Positions 8,310-10,539 of a stretch of 10,539 nt of DNA are shown piece by piece. The stretch comes from Bdellovibrionia bacterium (GTDB lineage Bacteria > Bdellovibrionota > UBA1018), in contig JBJMMA010000215.1 of assembly GCA_045805065.1 (NCBI GenBank), positions 1 to 10,539 on the forward strand. Direction: 5' to 3'. The translations under genes were made by a program, and so were the position numbers. Under the pieces are notes generated by a model, which saw only the letters and a list, made by a program, of their open reading frames with translations, ran no database searches and was not told the origin of the DNA. Within the stretch, counting starts at the first letter, position 1; every line of letters begins with the position of its first letter.

Positions 8310-9141
8310 GAGAGGAGCTCCTTTGGGCACGGATCGCCACGTTCCAGGCAAGCCAGCGCGCACCCGGAACCCAAGAGAACAAGACGCGATCGATTCGATG
8401 AAGAACGTCAAGCCATCGGCCGATGCGAGGCGCATCCTCGATGATCTTTTTCCAGTAGCGCGACTGGTTGGGATGAATTCGATCGATCAAAAAGAATTTC
8501 AGAAAAATCGCGAGCGCCGTGTACCAGTAAAAGCGGGTCTCAACGCGGGCAAAGCGGCTGCGAATCAGCTCAAGATCCGCGCGACGAAGCGGATGCTCAT
8601 CGGGCGTCCGAACTTGGGTTGCCATGTGACGGTAGACCTGGATCACAGGGTTATAGTGCACAGGGTCCCAGAAAACAGCGCTTCCACCTGGCTTAAGCTT
8701 TGGCTGAACCTGGTTCAAGAAGGCTTCAATATCCACGTGATGCAAAAGATTTGCGGCATAGACAAAGTCATACTGGCCGTCTGAGACCTGGGATAAATCC
8801 ATGGCGGATGCTTCGACGGTCTCAACTGCTACGCCATGCCTGGACGCCAGTCGGTTTGTAACCTGAAGCATGCCTGGGGAAATGTCGACTGCAGTAACAA
8901 GTGCGCCCTTTTTGGCAAAGTAAACGGATGATTCGCCTAAGCCGCATCCGATATCCAGGACACGTTTCCCTCTCAGATCCCCCATCCAGCGGATGACTTG
9001 CCGATTTTCAGGACATGAGCCGGATTCGAAAAGCGCATCGACTTCAATCTGACTGACGTCAACGCTTGCGGCCCACTGGTCATGAAACTGGGCTTCGGAT
9101 TTCTCCAAGTCATGTGAGGCCAAAGCTGAGGAAGTACTCAT
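8302..9141 (-). CDS. Class I SAM-dependent methyltransferase
   Basis: 279 aa. Motif I VLDIGCGLGE, AVDISPGML, YDFVYAANLLHH, LKPGG. ATGA overlap with the radical SAM stop and an AAAGGAG SD. Confidence 0.9.
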   Translation of the reverse strand: MSTSSALASHDLEKSEAQFHDQWAASVDVSQIEVDALFESGSCPENRQVIRWMGDLRGKRVLDIGCGLGESSVYFAKKGALVTAVDISPGMLQVTNRLASRHGVAVETVEASAMDLSQVSDGQYDFVYAANLLHHVDIEAFLNQVQPKLKPGGSAVFWDPVHYNPVIQVYRHMATQVRTPDEHPLRRADLELIRSRFARVETRFYWYTALAIFLKFFLIDRIHPNQSRYWKKIIEDAPRIGRWLDVLHRIDRVLFSWVPGARWLAWNVAIRAQRSSSHE

Positions 9142-10469
9142 TTGACGGGAGCTCCTTTTGGGAATACCGGCTCTGGTCCTGAGCCTCTGACGCGATTTTG
9201 ATTTTTTCTCTTCTCGTTGTCTTGCCTGAGAATCTCTTTGCGCTTTTCCGAATCAGCCCAAGCCGAAACGATTTGCGAGATCCGCGGGTCTTGCCAGTTT
9301 GAGACGGGATAGATCTCTGAGAACTCCTCGCGAACGCGCCTCACTTCATCGACAAAGTTCGCGGTGACTTGGGCCTGCGAGAGTTTTCCCTTGCCGGATT
9401 TCATCACCATCCAGCTTCGCTCAAAAAAGACACGTGGATCGTTCACGGAAAGACTGACTTCGGGGTAGCTTCCGTAGTGGCAACCTTCGCAATTTTCAAC
9501 GATCTGCCTGACTTCACTCATCCGGCGCAGGGCGCCTGAGTTATAGAGAATCTTGAAGCGATCGTCGTAAACCTTGGGCGGGGCTGAAAGCGTGTAATCG
9601 CAGCAAGTCGTGAAATCCCCGTTCGGGCGCACGACAAAGTAAAGATCCGGGCTGTCGCAAACATTGTTTTTGCGCCAGGAAGGACCATTTCCTTTCAGAA
9701 ATGACACTGCGCTGCGCACGTAGCGTTCAGAATCAAAGAGTGGCCAGCCTTCCTCTTTCATCTCAAGGACTCGCTCAATCGTGCGATCAAGATCACCATA
9801 GAGACTTGAATCAAATCGAAACAGATCATCAAAACTTCTGAAGCCCCGAGGCGAATCCTTTGGCGCGATATGCACAGGAACCAGCGACACGTACCAGCCG
9901 ATACGCTTTGCAAATTCCAGAATGGCTGGGATCTCCCGGTGATTGAAGCGGCTCAAGACAGTTCCAAAGCTCAGAACGGATGAGCCCTTTCTGAAGACGC
10001 GCGAGATGCGCTCGATCGTCTCGATGGCGTTTTGAGCAGATCCAGGGACTGCGTTGATATAATCGAACGTGTTGAAATCCAGCGAGTCGAGCGAGACGTT
10101 GATGTCTCGGGCGCCGGCGTCGTAGCAGGCCTGAAGTTTTTCCTCGGTGGCGTAATGTGTTCCTGCTGTTTGCAGGCGCACGTTCAGACCAAGCCCTACG
10201 AAAATGTCGACGATCTCCGGAAGATCAGGCCTCATGAAAGGCTCGCCACCGGTTAAAAGCACAATTCCTGCGCCGACATCGCGAAGGTTTTTTGCGGTTT
10301 TTCTGATCTGATCAAGCGACATTTCGCCGATGCGAGAATTTGTTTCGACGATGTTGCACTGGCGGCATTTTAAATTACATTTGCCGATGATGTAGAACTG
10401 GACGTAATACGGGGATCGACGCGTGATGAGCGCCTTTGCGATTGATTTGTAAGTTCTCCAAGTGAACAT
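9138..10469 (-). CDS. Radical SAM protein with C-terminal SPASM/twitch-like cysteines (MoaA/PqqE-like superfamily)
   Basis: CxxxCxxC (CNLKCRQC, 10356-10379), LLTGGEPF, NVSLDSL; C-terminal VCD...PNGDFTTCCD...CEGCH. The ATG at 10469 (GGGGA upstream) is preferred over the TTG at 10490; 443 aa. Confidence 0.92.
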   Translation of the reverse strand: MFTWRTYKSIAKALITRRSPYYVQFYIIGKCNLKCRQCNIVETNSRIGEMSLDQIRKTAKNLRDVGAGIVLLTGGEPFMRPDLPEIVDIFVGLGLNVRLQTAGTHYATEEKLQACYDAGARDINVSLDSLDFNTFDYINAVPGSAQNAIETIERISRVFRKGSSVLSFGTVLSRFNHREIPAILEFAKRIGWYVSLVPVHIAPKDSPRGFRSFDDLFRFDSSLYGDLDRTIERVLEMKEEGWPLFDSERYVRSAVSFLKGNGPSWRKNNVCDSPDLYFVVRPNGDFTTCCDYTLSAPPKVYDDRFKILYNSGALRRMSEVRQIVENCEGCHYGSYPEVSLSVNDPRVFFERSWMVMKSGKGKLSQAQVTANFVDEVRRVREEFSEIYPVSNWQDPRISQIVSAWADSEKRKEILRQDNEKRKNQNRVRGSGPEPVFPKGAPVK

Positions 10470-10491
10470 GTTTTCCCCGTGAATCCGCAAA

Positions 10492-10512
10492 ATTATACAA
10501 CTAAAGTATAAT
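10492..10512. promoter_or_regulatory. Back-to-back consensus -10 elements, ATTATAC-N7-GTATAAT (probable divergent promoters)
   Basis: TATAAT on the - strand (10497-10492) lies 22 nt before the radical SAM ATG; TATAAT on the + strand is at 10507-10512. No convincing -35 for either. Confidence 0.55.
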
Positions 10513-10539
10513 GCCGCGTTTTTCGGGGCGCAGTCGGAA

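Noticed and set aside
8310..8435. N-terminal extension of the GT2 ORF
   Set aside because: It overlaps the methyltransferase; the SD and ATG at 8309 fit the family start.
7342..8784. Long alternative ORFs 7342..7953(-), 7515..8189(+) and 8149..8784(+)
   Set aside because: They are shadow frames of the GT2 and methyltransferase genes with no recognisable motifs.
9138..10469. RiPP maturase interpretation of the radical SAM enzyme
   Set aside because: No free-standing precursor ORF or RRE/PqqD domain is in the window, and the context is glycosylation. A precursor outside the window cannot be excluded.
10524..10539. CGGGGCGCAGTCGGAA as the 5' end of a tRNA or tmRNA
   Set aside because: Only 16 nt are visible and the usual tRNA T8-A9/D-arm pattern is not matched.
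1..10539. CRISPR arrays, IS elements, integrases, defence or phage genes
   Set aside because: No periodic repeats, terminal inverted repeats or matching protein motifs were seen, and the window is almost fully coding.

Overview
Bacterial, gene-dense window holding a cell-envelope glycosylation locus beside a signalling gene. On the + strand, a 5'-truncated membrane hybrid histidine kinase (TM-GAF-HisKA-HATPase-REC) is followed 1 bp later by a GT9 heptosyltransferase-like gene. On the - strand is a translationally coupled four-gene operon: radical SAM enzyme with C-terminal Cys (SPASM/twitch-like), class I SAM methyltransferase, GtrB/ArnC-like GT2 polyprenol-phosphate glycosyltransferase, and a polytopic GT-C-like membrane protein. 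A second ArnT/PMT-like GT-C gene lies further along the - strand. Between the two GT-C genes is a + strand gene for a membrane-anchored fibrinogen-like (YCDxxxxxGGW) domain protein. Both AT-rich upstream regions carry 7-bp inverted repeats built from -10-like hexamers. I found no RNA genes, CRISPR arrays or mobile elements. All family calls come from motif recognition by eye, not database searches.
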